A stretch of DNA of 64,000 nucleotides from an uncultured delta proteobacterium (GTDB lineage Bacteria > Desulfobacterota > Binatia > Binatales > Binataceae): positions 32,001-96,000 of the forward strand of contig CAVQEQ010000003.1 of NCBI GenBank assembly GCA_963711565.1, written 5' to 3'. The notes beneath the pieces are model-generated. The model made no database searches. It saw only the letters and a list, made by a program, of their open reading frames with translations, and was not told the DNA's origin. Shown piece after piece: positions 1-8,609 of the stretch (positions within the stretch are counted from its first letter, which is position 1; each line of letters opens with the position of its first letter). The translations under genes were made by a program, and so were the position numbers.

Positions 1-1178
1 ATCGCGCGGGCGCATACCAGCAGCGCGTGGGTCGAATCGATGCCGCCCGAGACTCCGATCACGACGCGCTCGAGCCCAGTCGAGCGGATGCGGGTCGCGA
101 GGCCTTGCACCTGGATGTCGAAGACTTCGGCGCATCGCTCGTCGCGCGTCGCGGGATCCGAGGGCACGTACGGGAAGCGCTCGTAGCGCCGGTTCGGCAG
201 CATTTTGCCGCGCCGTGGCAATTCCGCCGAAAATGAAATTCGCCGAAAGCGCCGCACGCGCTCGAGCTCGCGCTGCGCGGTGTCGCCGAACGTGTTCTGA
301 CGCATCCGCTCCTGCGACAACCGCTCGAGATCGATTTCCGCGCAGACCACTTGCGGCTGATCCTTGAAGCGCTCCGACTCGGCGATGATATTGCCGTTTT
401 CGGCGATCAGCGCGTGCCCGTCCCATGCCAGATCGGTGGTCGATTCGCCGACGCCCGCCGCCGAGTACGCGTACGCCGCGAGGCATCGCGCGGACTGGCT
501 GGCGACGAGAGCGCGGCGGTAGTCGGCCTTGCCAATCGTGATGTTCGACGCCGACAGATTCAGCAGCACGGTCGCGCCGGCGAGGGCCGCGTATGACGAC
601 GGCGAAATCGGCACCCACAGGTCCTCGCAAATCTCGGCGTGGAAGGTGAGCAACGGCTGCTCCTCGTGCTGGAAAATGAGGTTGTTGCCGAACGGGACGG
701 CGCGGCTGCCGGCGAGATCGACTTCGTCGCGCGTGGCAGCGTCGGCCGAGGTGAATTGCCGCGGCTCGTAAAATTCGCGGTAGTTCGGGAGATTGGTCTT
801 CGGCACGACGCCGAGAATCTTCCCGCGATGAATCACGACCGCGCAGTTAAACAGATGATTGTCGATCTGGAGCGGCGCGCCGACCACGCTGACGATCGAG
901 AGCTTGGCGGTCGCCTCGACCACCGCGGCGATCCCGTCGAGGCATGCGTCGAGCAGCGCGCGTTGCTGGAACAGGTCGTCGCACGAGTAGGCCGTCAGCC
1001 CCAATTCGGGGAACAGCGCGAGGATCGCCTTGCGCTCGGCGGCCTCGCGGATGAGCGCGATAGTGTGCTCCGCGTTGTAAGCAGGGTCGGCGACACGAAC
1101 GGTCGGTACTCCAACCGCGATTCTGACGAAATCGTGGTTGTAGAGATTGAAAAAGTTCCCGTTTCCGTTCCTGGTCAC
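1..1178 (-). CDS. nadE: Glutamine-dependent NAD(+) synthetase, N-terminal part (runs off window start)
   Basis: Manual translation from GTG 1178: MTRNGNGNFFNLYNHDFVRIAVGVPTVRVADPAYNAEH...LFPELGLTAYSCDDLF...PNYREFYEPRQF...EICEDLWVP. This is the nitrilase-type glutaminase domain of NadE. Absent from the ORF track because there is no stop in the window. Confidence 0.9.
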   Translation of the reverse strand, partial: MTRNGNGNFFNLYNHDFVRIAVGVPTVRVADPAYNAEHTIALIREAAERKAILALFPELGLTAYSCDDLFQQRALLDACLDGIAAVVEATAKLSIVSVVGAPLQIDNHLFNCAVVIHRGKILGVVPKTNLPNYREFYEPRQFTSADAATRDEVDLAGSRAVPFGNNLIFQHEEQPLLTFHAEICEDLWVPISPSSYAALAGATVLLNLSASNITIGKADYRRALVASQSARCLAAYAYSAAGVGESTTDLAWDGHALIAENGNIIAESERFKDQPQVVCAEIDLERLSQERMRQNTFGDTAQRELERVRRFRRISFSAELPRRGKMLPNRRYERFPYVPSDPATRDERCAEVFDIQVQGLATRIRSTGLERVVIGVSGGIDSTHALLVCARA

Positions 1179-1258
1179 GCCGGTGCCCTAATACCAAGAC
1201 TGTGCCGATTGTAGGCGTCCCGTACAAGATTGCCCGATCGGACCGCTCGGCGCTGCAT

Positions 1259-1612
1259 TTACTCCTCGGACTTCTCGACGAACGCCTTCAGCCGGGCTAT
1301 CGCCGCGTCCCAATCCTGCGAAATCTGATCGAGGTACCGCCGTGCGTCGGATAGCCGCCTGGTCTGGAGCTCCCAGATGCGTTCACGACCGACCCGCGAA
1401 CTGCGCGCGAGCCCGGCCTCTTCGAGGGCATGCAGATGTTTCGTGACAGCCTGGCGTGAAACGGATGCACCGACCGCCAACTGCACGATCGACAGCGGCC
1501 CGTCGCCGCATAGCCGGGCGACAATATGCAATCGAGTATCGTCGCCCAGCGCTGCGAAGATCGGCGCGGCCTCGGCAAATTTCGCGGCGGTGGAAGCAAG
1601 AGTGCGTGGCAT
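1259..1612 (-). CDS. ArsR/SmtB family transcriptional regulator
   Basis: FAALGDDTRLHIV...SRQAVTKHLHALEEAGL...GRERIW winged-HTH pattern; paired with SRPBCC gene. Confidence 0.9.
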   Translation of the reverse strand: MPRTLASTAAKFAEAAPIFAALGDDTRLHIVARLCGDGPLSIVQLAVGASVSRQAVTKHLHALEEAGLARSSRVGRERIWELQTRRLSDARRYLDQISQDWDAAIARLKAFVEKSEE

Positions 1613-1614
1613 GG

Positions 1615-2115
1615 TCAGGCCGCCAGCGCGAGGTATTTCTTGATAATCGTCATGTAGTTGGTCCAGCCCTGGTGATGACTGGTACGCGTCTCGGCGCGCC
1701 GCTCCAGCGAGAGTCCGTCGAAACCCGACTCTGTCAGCGTCAGCAACGTACCACCCGGAACCTCTTCCAATTTGAACTCAACCAGCGTGGTCGGCTCGTT
1801 TAGGTAGTCGACGCCGGGCTCTTCGTCGAGCGGATACCATCGTATCGAGAAAAGCCGCATCGGTTCGATGCGTTCGACCGTGATTGTACACGGATTCCCC
1901 TCGCGTTGTTTTTGGCTTTCGGTGGCCGCTGCGTCGACGGAGACAGTAAGCGGAATCACTTTCCCAACGATGCGAGCGCCGGCGACGAAGGCACTGTCGA
2001 ATTTCACGCCGAACCATCTGCCGAACTGTTTGGAGTCGCTGATCGCGCTCCACACACGCTCCAGCGGCGCACGCAGCAGGATCCTCTTCTCGACGCTGTC
2101 GGTGTTTGTTTCCAT
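1615..2115 (-). CDS. SRPBCC/AHSA1 domain protein
   Basis: SVEKRILLRAPLERVWSAISD...TLVEFKLEEVPGGTLLTLTESGFD...GW; ATG at 2115 preferred over the longer ORF. Confidence 0.9.
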   Translation of the reverse strand: METNTDSVEKRILLRAPLERVWSAISDSKQFGRWFGVKFDSAFVAGARIVGKVIPLTVSVDAAATESQKQREGNPCTITVERIEPMRLFSIRWYPLDEEPGVDYLNEPTTLVEFKLEEVPGGTLLTLTESGFDGLSLERRAETRTSHHQGWTNYMTIIKKYLALAA

Positions 2116-2159
2116 ACGCAACCTCCGAGTTGCGCTTATCGTGCCATTGCTCGCTTCTA

Positions 2160-2181
2160 GATGCAACCGATAGGTTGCATC
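2160..2181. promoter_or_regulatory. Palindromic operator for the SRPBCC-ArsR operon
   Basis: GATGCAACC-GATA-GGTTGCATC perfect 9-4-9 inverted repeat about 45 nt upstream of the SRPBCC start. Confidence 0.75.
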
Positions 2182-2265
2182 CAACGACCGCCGGCACTCG
2201 CCTCATTCAGACAATCTTGTTGTTTTTTAGCTACTTAGCTCGATTCGTTTTCTCGTTCACTCCAC

Positions 2266-2280
2266 TGAACAAATTGTTCA
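2266..2280. promoter_or_regulatory. Palindromic operator upstream of small ORF
   Basis: TGAACAA-A-TTGTTCA perfect 7-1-7 palindrome in an AT-rich promoter region. Confidence 0.55.
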
Positions 2281-2333
2281 ATCGAATGTAACGCCTATTC
2301 GAATGAAGGGGCCAAAGAAGAGGAACAACGGTG

Positions 2334-2501
2334 ATGCATTCGACATTATATCCCGGACAGTTCACCCCGGCAGACGGCGTGCGCGCAGCCAAGGACCCCA
2401 AGGCCCGGCTCGGCGCCCGACTCGATGAGATCGCGGTCTTCGCACTGGTAGCGGTCGCCGTCTTGTACGTTGCGGCCGCGAGCTGCTGGTTCGTTATGTA
2501 A
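2334..2501 (+). CDS. Small 55-aa single-pass membrane protein
   Basis: RBS GAGGA before (GTG)ATG; MHSTLYPGQFTPADGVRAAKDPKARLGARLDEIAVFALVAVAVLYVAAASCWFVM*, with a C-terminal hydrophobic helix; below the 60-aa ORF cut-off. Confidence 0.6.
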   Translation: MHSTLYPGQFTPADGVRAAKDPKARLGARLDEIAVFALVAVAVLYVAAASCWFVM

Positions 2502-2608
2502 AGGCGTCAATCCCCCGAGCGCGCCCTGGCGGGGAGTTTCTGTGATGAACGGAGCCCCCGCCAGGAAAATCAAAAGCGAGCCGGGGAATTAGAAAGTTCC
2601 CAGTCCCG

Positions 2609-2660
2609 CACCCGCCGGTGCGTTCCCTAAGGGGGGCACGCATCGGCGGGTGTCCTTTTG
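2609..2660 (+). terminator. Rho-independent terminator-like hairpin
   Basis: CACCCGCCGGTGCGT / ACGCATCGGCGGGTG 15-bp stem (one G-U) followed by TCCTTTTG. Confidence 0.6.
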
Positions 2661-2772
2661 CGTCCGTCGAAAGTGCCTCGCCTGCCTTGTCCGCCGTATC
2701 GATCACTGCAATAACAGGATCGCGATACCGGCTCCCGCACCGGGTCGAACCGCCGTCGAAGGAGGACTCGCG

Positions 2773-3381
2773 ATGTCAGCAAACTCAGCCGAGAACGGAA
2801 ACGGAACCCGGCGCGTCGTGCCCGCGAAATTCGCACACGCCGTGCTCGCCACCAAACAATTCCAGGCGATGGTCGATTGGTATACCACCGTGTTGCAGGC
2901 TGAGGTCGTTCACAGCAACGGCATGCTCGCGTTCATGACCTACGACGACGAGCATCATCGGATTGCGATCGCGGCGGTGCCGGGACTCGAAGACAAGCCG
3001 CGGCATGCGGTCGGGCTGGACCATCTCGCGTACACTTACGCAAATCTCGCCGACCTGGTTTACACCTACGAACGGCTCAAGCAGGCCGGCATCACCCCAG
3101 TCGTGACGATCAATCATGGACCGACGACGTCGATGTACTATCGCGACCCGGACGGCAACCGTGTTGAGTTGCAGATAGACAATTTCGATTCGGTCGATGC
3201 GCTCAAGGGATTCTTCCAGAGCGACGCGTTTCAAAAAAATCCTATCGGCGTGAACTTCAACCCTGACGAACTGGCACGCGACTTTCACGCGGGCGTGCCC
3301 GAGTCGGATCTCAAGAAGTACGACGCCACCAGGGGACTCGACCCCGCGACGATGCGGCGCCTGATGGGCGCTAATCAATAG
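2773..3381 (+). CDS. VOC/glyoxalase family protein (extradiol dioxygenase-like)
   Basis: RBS GGAGG; FAHAVL, DDEHHRIA, GLDHLAY, NHGPTTSMYYRDPDGNRVELQ motifs. Confidence 0.85.
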   Translation: MSANSAENGNGTRRVVPAKFAHAVLATKQFQAMVDWYTTVLQAEVVHSNGMLAFMTYDDEHHRIAIAAVPGLEDKPRHAVGLDHLAYTYANLADLVYTYERLKQAGITPVVTINHGPTTSMYYRDPDGNRVELQIDNFDSVDALKGFFQSDAFQKNPIGVNFNPDELARDFHAGVPESDLKKYDATRGLDPATMRRLMGANQ

Positions 3382-3426
3382 CTCGAACATAAGTTTGATG
3401 GAACGAACCGGAGCGGCTGAAGTCGA

Positions 3427-4302
3427 ATGAAACTCGCGACCTTCTCGCATGGCGGCGCGACGCGAATTGGCGTCGTCGTCGAAGATTCTATCGTTGATCT
3501 CACGGCGGCCGAGCCCGAGTTGCCGCGCGATATGATCAGGTTCCTCATGGAGGGACCGTTCGCAATCGATCGCGCGGCCGGCGCGGCAAAGAAATCCACG
3601 AATCGGATTGCGCTCAAGAGCGTCAAGCTGGAGGCGCCGATCGCGCGGCCGCCGGAGTTTCTCGCGATCGGGCTCAATTACGCCGACCACGTCGAAGAAA
3701 CGAAGATGAAGCGGCCCGAGTTTCCGATGTTCTTCAACAAGCAATCGAGCTGCGTAACGGGGCCGGGCGATCCGATTCATCTGCCGCGGGCGTCGTCGGC
3801 GCTGGACTACGAAGGCGAGCTCGGATTCGTGATCGGGCGGCGGTGTCGCCACGTGCCGCGCGATCGCGCCCACGAGGTGATCGCCGGCTACGTGATCGTC
3901 AACGACGTGAGCGTGCGCGATTGGCAGCGCCGCGCGCCGACGATGACGCTGGGCAAGTCGTTCGACACGCACGGGCCGTTCGGGCCTTGGATCGTAACGC
4001 CGGACGAAGTTGGCGATCCGCACAAGCTGGACCTGAAGACGTTTGTCAACGACGAACAGCGGCAGCATTCGAACACGAAGAACCTGATCTTCGACTGCTT
4101 CGCGCAAGTCGAGACGCTCTCGACGGTGTTCACCTTGTTGCCGGGGACCATAGTCTCCACCGGCACGCCCGGCGGCGTCGCGGCCGCGATGAACCCGCCC
4201 AAATGGCTCAAGGCGGGCGACGTGGTCCGCATCGAGATCGAGAAAATCGGCACGCTCGAAAACAAGGTGATCGCGGAACCGTCCAGCACCGACTTAATCT
4301 GA
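3427..4302 (+). CDS. Fumarylacetoacetate hydrolase family protein
   Basis: IGLNYADH, LDYEGEL, NDVSVRDWQ, GKSFDT, TGTPGGV motifs. Confidence 0.95.
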   Translation: MKLATFSHGGATRIGVVVEDSIVDLTAAEPELPRDMIRFLMEGPFAIDRAAGAAKKSTNRIALKSVKLEAPIARPPEFLAIGLNYADHVEETKMKRPEFPMFFNKQSSCVTGPGDPIHLPRASSALDYEGELGFVIGRRCRHVPRDRAHEVIAGYVIVNDVSVRDWQRRAPTMTLGKSFDTHGPFGPWIVTPDEVGDPHKLDLKTFVNDEQRQHSNTKNLIFDCFAQVETLSTVFTLLPGTIVSTGTPGGVAAAMNPPKWLKAGDVVRIEIEKIGTLENKVIAEPSSTDLI

Positions 4303-4525
4303 GGGCCGGGGCGCGGACCCGACGGCCCGTCAGTCGTTTGTCGCCTCGGCATAGTCCTGTCGCTCGCAGCCGTGCCATCCGGGCACTGGTCAACTCAAGC
4401 GATTTGGATCGAACAAGATCCGCCGTTTCGAGCCTTGGAGGCTGCCTGCGATGGGATCGGCCGGTTCAGCGCGTGCTCATCTCTGATAGCTGAGGAATGA
4501 AATAAGTAGCGTCAGCGACAACTAT

Positions 4526-4542
4526 TGCATCAATCTGTTGCA
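4526..4542. promoter_or_regulatory. Candidate bEBP (NtrC-like) enhancer site
   Basis: TGCATCA-ATC-TGTTGCA versus NtrC consensus TGCACCA-N3-TGGTGCA, about 85-100 nt upstream of a -24/-12 element. Confidence 0.45.
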
Positions 4543-4624
4543 TCTACTATACAATTTGTAGCTATCGGTTGACTGAAGCCGCGCGCGCGTCACGTATTAG
4601 CAGCGCTATTGTTCAACGGCCTCG

Positions 4625-4640
4625 TGGCACATTGATTGCT
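4625..4640 (+). promoter_or_regulatory. Sigma-54 (-24/-12) promoter
   Basis: TGGCAC-ATTGA-TTGCT matches TGGCAC-N5-TTGCW exactly. Confidence 0.65.
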
Positions 4641-4715
4641 GACTCTCCCCTGCAAGGAGAGGCGGTTCGGATGGGCGGGATGTAAGTATTAACGCACCTT
4701 GGGGAGGGCGCGAAG

Positions 4716-4913
4716 ATGCTGCCAACTGTGTCGAATGGAGTCCGCGCGTCGGAGCATGAGATCAACCAGGCAAGACCTTCGCACCCTGGAAAGCTGGGCC
4801 GCCTCTTCCTGAAATTTCGTCCGACCTGGCACTCTGACTATTTTTGCCAGAAGCCGCGGCGCTCGATTGACCGCGACCTGCAAGAGCGCTGGCCAACCGA
4901 CTATCCGCTCTAG
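4716..4913 (+). CDS. Hypothetical 65-aa protein
   Basis: RBS GGGGAGGG before ATG; lies downstream of the sigma-54 motif; no recognised domain. Confidence 0.45.
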   Translation: MLPTVSNGVRASEHEINQARPSHPGKLGRLFLKFRPTWHSDYFCQKPRRSIDRDLQERWPTDYPL

Positions 4914-4954
4914 ACTGGCCGAGTTCCGGCTTCACGTGCCGGCTGTGCGACGAG

Positions 4955-6193
4955 TTAGACGCTTGCCGCCGATGTCACCATGCGGCCCGAATCGCTCATC
5001 GCGATTTTCGCGCGGCGAATGATCAAAGCGAGCAACCCAAAGCATACCAATGGCGTAAGCGGAACGAATGCATAATGTGCGACGGGTTCGCACATCAGCG
5101 GAAGCAGCCACGCGATCACCAACAGCGATTTTTCAAACGGAAAAAACCCTGTGCGCCGCCCCTCAACGGCGAGCCATGCGATGGGAAGGGCGAGCACTAC
5201 GAGGTCGTAATAGAGAATATACGGCGACACCAGTACCATGCCCGCTGCGAAAGCTGAGGCCTTGAGCTCGAACTGAAGGCTCTGTCGCCAGATCCACAGT
5301 ACTATCGCGGCGGCAATGGCGGCGGCCACGATTTGCGCAACGTACCCAACGGCGATCCCTCCTCCGAGCAATCGCGCCGCCGCGAACACGGTTTGCATCG
5401 TATAGAATTGCACCCCGCCGTTTTCGATAACGAGGTGCCGGGTAAATGCGAGCGAATTGAAAAAGGCCCGCCAGGTTTCGGCGCCGAACATCACAAATGA
5501 GATTCCGGCAAAGGCGATCGCCGTGACCGTGGCAGCGAAAAACGCCCGCCACCTGCCGCTACCAGCCAACACGAGTGGCACCAGCACCCCCATCGGCGGC
5601 TTGTACGACAAAAGGCCAAAAAGGATGCCGGCCAGCAGTGGTCTGGTTTCAAGCGAGAGCAGCGCACTTCCAAGCAGGGAAAATGCGAGAAGTCCGTTTT
5701 GTCCGTTCATGAGGTTGGCGAACATGCCGGGGAAAGCCAGCGCCGGCCAAAACGTCTCCGCGCGCGGAATGATCTTGCGAAGCACCAGCAAATAAGCGGC
5801 AAGCGTCAGCATCATCCAGATTCCAAGCGACCACAAATAGGGCAAAAGCGCCTGCGGCAGAACGACTACAAGGAACGTCGGGGGGTAAATCCATGGGCCC
5901 ATGAAGGTTCCGCGCCCAACCGCTTCTTCTTCCAAGGCGTGGAACCGATTGTAGTCATAGACTGCGGACGCTTGCCCTCGAAGCGCCATTTCGGAAGCCG
6001 TCCAGTTGACCTCGAAGTCAACGCCGAGGGGTTTCCCCGTGCTGCTGACCATCCCGTGTAACGTCATCACCCATAAGGTGAAGGTCAAAGCATAAGTCAG
6101 TAAGAAGAGTTTCGGATAAACCCGCAGGCGCTGCCGGTTCAACCAAGGCGCATCAGCAACCCAGGCGATCGCGGATTTGAGACTCTGAAGCAT
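4955..6193 (-). CDS. GT87/DUF2029 membrane glycosyltransferase (GT-C)
   Basis: GVDFEVNW, IYPPTF, NGQNG, LSYKP, SPYILYYDL motifs and many TM helices; start may extend to 6229. Confidence 0.85.
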   Translation of the reverse strand: MLQSLKSAIAWVADAPWLNRQRLRVYPKLFLLTYALTFTLWVMTLHGMVSSTGKPLGVDFEVNWTASEMALRGQASAVYDYNRFHALEEEAVGRGTFMGPWIYPPTFLVVVLPQALLPYLWSLGIWMMLTLAAYLLVLRKIIPRAETFWPALAFPGMFANLMNGQNGLLAFSLLGSALLSLETRPLLAGILFGLLSYKPPMGVLVPLVLAGSGRWRAFFAATVTAIAFAGISFVMFGAETWRAFFNSLAFTRHLVIENGGVQFYTMQTVFAAARLLGGGIAVGYVAQIVAAAIAAAIVLWIWRQSLQFELKASAFAAGMVLVSPYILYYDLVVLALPIAWLAVEGRRTGFFPFEKSLLVIAWLLPLMCEPVAHYAFVPLTPLVCFGLLALIIRRAKIAMSDSGRMVTSAASV

Positions 6194-6237
6194 AGGCGGG
6201 ATAAATTCTGGCTCCCGATTCAGATCCAAATCAATTT

Positions 6238-8487
6238 TTAGCGGGCGTTCGTGCCGGTCAGGATGGCAGGTGCGCCTGTTGTCGACCCGGTCGTCGACGC
6301 AGATGCTCTGACCTGCGCGGCGGCGGCGGCGAGTTGTTCCCGCTCAAACTCGACTACCATCAGGCCGTGCATAGCGGCGATGCGGGCGTCAACTGCACCA
6401 TCGGCCAGGTTATGCGGGTAAGGAAAATAGACGCGCAACGCCCCGTGGCGATAGGTCTGAATGATCGGTTCAAGCGCGGCGTACGATCCGTAAACGCCCA
6501 CGCTCGCATGCCCCTCGGGCATCGGACCGAGCCATGCGCCAAGACGATAACGCCCGCCCGGATCGGTGACGGGATTCTCTTGTATGGACCAGCCCCCCGC
6601 AGTCGGCCCCGTAAGCCACGAGTCCGGGAGCAGGCCTTTTCGTTGCGCTTCGAGCGGAGTCAGACCGGCGAGGCTGTTTCCGTCGGATAGCCATCGATCG
6701 GCGGCGAGCACGAGGGTGTCGAACATTACCGAGTCGGCGCGCCGGCTCATCTCGAGAGCGGTGACTTGCGCGTAAGGCTTCAATGCATCGGGCGCGGCGC
6801 GATAGATCGTTACTCCGCCGACGGTTTGCGCCGTCGTGCAACAAGCTGACGCGAGCGCATGCCAAGCCTGCGCGTTCGGATCGTCGTCGGCGACGATCAC
6901 CGTGTTGACTGCGTGATGGGCCATGAAAGCGCTCATTTGCGCGCCCGCGTCGGGCAGGTACTCTGCGCCGAGGAATGCGTCAACGATTGGCCAGTCGTGA
7001 AACTCCGGCGGCAGCGTCCCGGTGTATCCGCCGACCATCTTGAAGTACATCGCGGTCTCGGCGTGCCACAGCATACTGTTGCCACGAATCCCGAATGGCA
7101 GCACCAGTGCATTCTCGTTGGGCTCAAGGTACTGGCGATGGAGAGCGGTGGTGAAGAACGCGGGCGAGTCAACGGCGCTGGTCCAGTAACTTCCGGAAAG
7201 GTTCGGCAGCATCGATATTACGATTGTCGCGGCGAGCGCGAATTTCACCGCAGCGCCAAACCGGTTCGCGACAAACCACAACGACGCGATAATCGCGAGC
7301 AGGAGGAAGGGGTACATCATAAAGCGCGCCGGCAGTGCCTTGTCGAGCGCGGGCATCAACCCGAGTATCTTGCCCGGTCCACCGCCAAGCACAGCGCCGC
7401 GAAAGTGGAGTATCGGTCCCATCGCCAGCACGCACGTAATTATCAGCGAATCGACCAGCAGCTTGCCGGTCGGCTCTCGCCAGTGCCACCAGGCATACGC
7501 CGCTGCAAGGACAATGAGCGGCAGCCCGATGTAAGCGTCCTCTTCGGCGATGCCGCAGGTTGCGAACGGCGCCGCCAGACGGTCGATGAACGGTATCGTG
7601 CCGAGTGCGTTCGTTCGCGCAGGCAGTACGAAGTTTAGAAGGTCAGACGAGCAGGCATGCAGCGACCACATCTGTCCGCTCGGCGAGCCGAAGGCGAAAA
7701 GATAGTAGAGATATGGCGCCACGATGACCACCACCGCCGCATAAGCCGCCGCAATCGAGAGCAGTGTTTTCAGGATGCGCTTGCCGGCTTCCGCGGGTGC
7801 GAACGACCATCCCAGCAGCAGCGACATTCCGCCAACGACGGTCATCGTCGCGAACACTTCGATCGAGATCAGAAACTGAGCGACCAGCAGCACAGTCAGC
7901 AATCCAATGAACTTCACAGGCGGGAGTTCCCCCGCTATCGCGCGGACGACCAACAGAACGGCCAGCGGCACTAGGAAGGCGATAGTCAGTTCCAGGGTGC
8001 CGCAACTCTGCTGACCCAACATGTAGGCTGAGAAGCCGAAGATGTAACCGCCCAATAGAGAAGGCCACCACTCGCGACAGATGTAGCGACATAGGATGAA
8101 AGCGGCCCAAGCGTCGAGCGGCAGGCTCACAATGCACAGAACGTTGAAGGCCGGGACTAGTCCAACGCCGGCGGTCAGAGGCCAGGCGGCGGCGCTCGGC
8201 AGCGGGACCGCCGTCGTCCAGGCCAGATTGATTCCTTTCGGCGCCCACAGAACGTCGGTGAAGAACAGGTTCAGGCGGTTGACCAACGCGTGCGGCCACC
8301 AGACGAAGAACCACATCGAGATTGAAGGATCGGGTCCGATCCCGATGTAAGTATCGCGAAAGTGACCGACGAGCGCACGCCCGAAGATAAGAATCGAAAA
8401 TATCAGGTATATCGAAAGAGCGAGGATGCCGTACCGGTCACGTCTATCTGGCGATTCTGCGACGAGAAGCGTGCGCTCCCTTGGCAT
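6238..8487 (-). CDS. Large polytopic membrane protein, GT-C glycosyltransferase-like
   Basis: N-terminal GxxxD loop (IGIGPDPS), WWPHAL, GGYIFGFSAY, SSDLLNF, PARF motifs, more than 10 TM segments and a C-terminal soluble domain; start uncertain (8487-8550). Confidence 0.65.
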   Translation of the reverse strand: MPRERTLLVAESPDRRDRYGILALSIYLIFSILIFGRALVGHFRDTYIGIGPDPSISMWFFVWWPHALVNRLNLFFTDVLWAPKGINLAWTTAVPLPSAAAWPLTAGVGLVPAFNVLCIVSLPLDAWAAFILCRYICREWWPSLLGGYIFGFSAYMLGQQSCGTLELTIAFLVPLAVLLVVRAIAGELPPVKFIGLLTVLLVAQFLISIEVFATMTVVGGMSLLLGWSFAPAEAGKRILKTLLSIAAAYAAVVVIVAPYLYYLFAFGSPSGQMWSLHACSSDLLNFVLPARTNALGTIPFIDRLAAPFATCGIAEEDAYIGLPLIVLAAAYAWWHWREPTGKLLVDSLIITCVLAMGPILHFRGAVLGGGPGKILGLMPALDKALPARFMMYPFLLLAIIASLWFVANRFGAAVKFALAATIVISMLPNLSGSYWTSAVDSPAFFTTALHRQYLEPNENALVLPFGIRGNSMLWHAETAMYFKMVGGYTGTLPPEFHDWPIVDAFLGAEYLPDAGAQMSAFMAHHAVNTVIVADDDPNAQAWHALASACCTTAQTVGGVTIYRAAPDALKPYAQVTALEMSRRADSVMFDTLVLAADRWLSDGNSLAGLTPLEAQRKGLLPDSWLTGPTAGGWSIQENPVTDPGGRYRLGAWLGPMPEGHASVGVYGSYAALEPIIQTYRHGALRVYFPYPHNLADGAVDARIAAMHGLMVVEFEREQLAAAAAQVRASASTTGSTTGAPAILTGTNAR

Positions 8488-8609
8488 CTCAGGTGCGATT
8501 GTCCCAGCTAGAGAGCGACCGGGCAAGTTGCTACTCTCCGCGCAGCGCACCTTGTTAGATAGAACTCACGACACTGCGAGTGTCGAAAAATCGCATCCGG
8601 GAGAATCGA

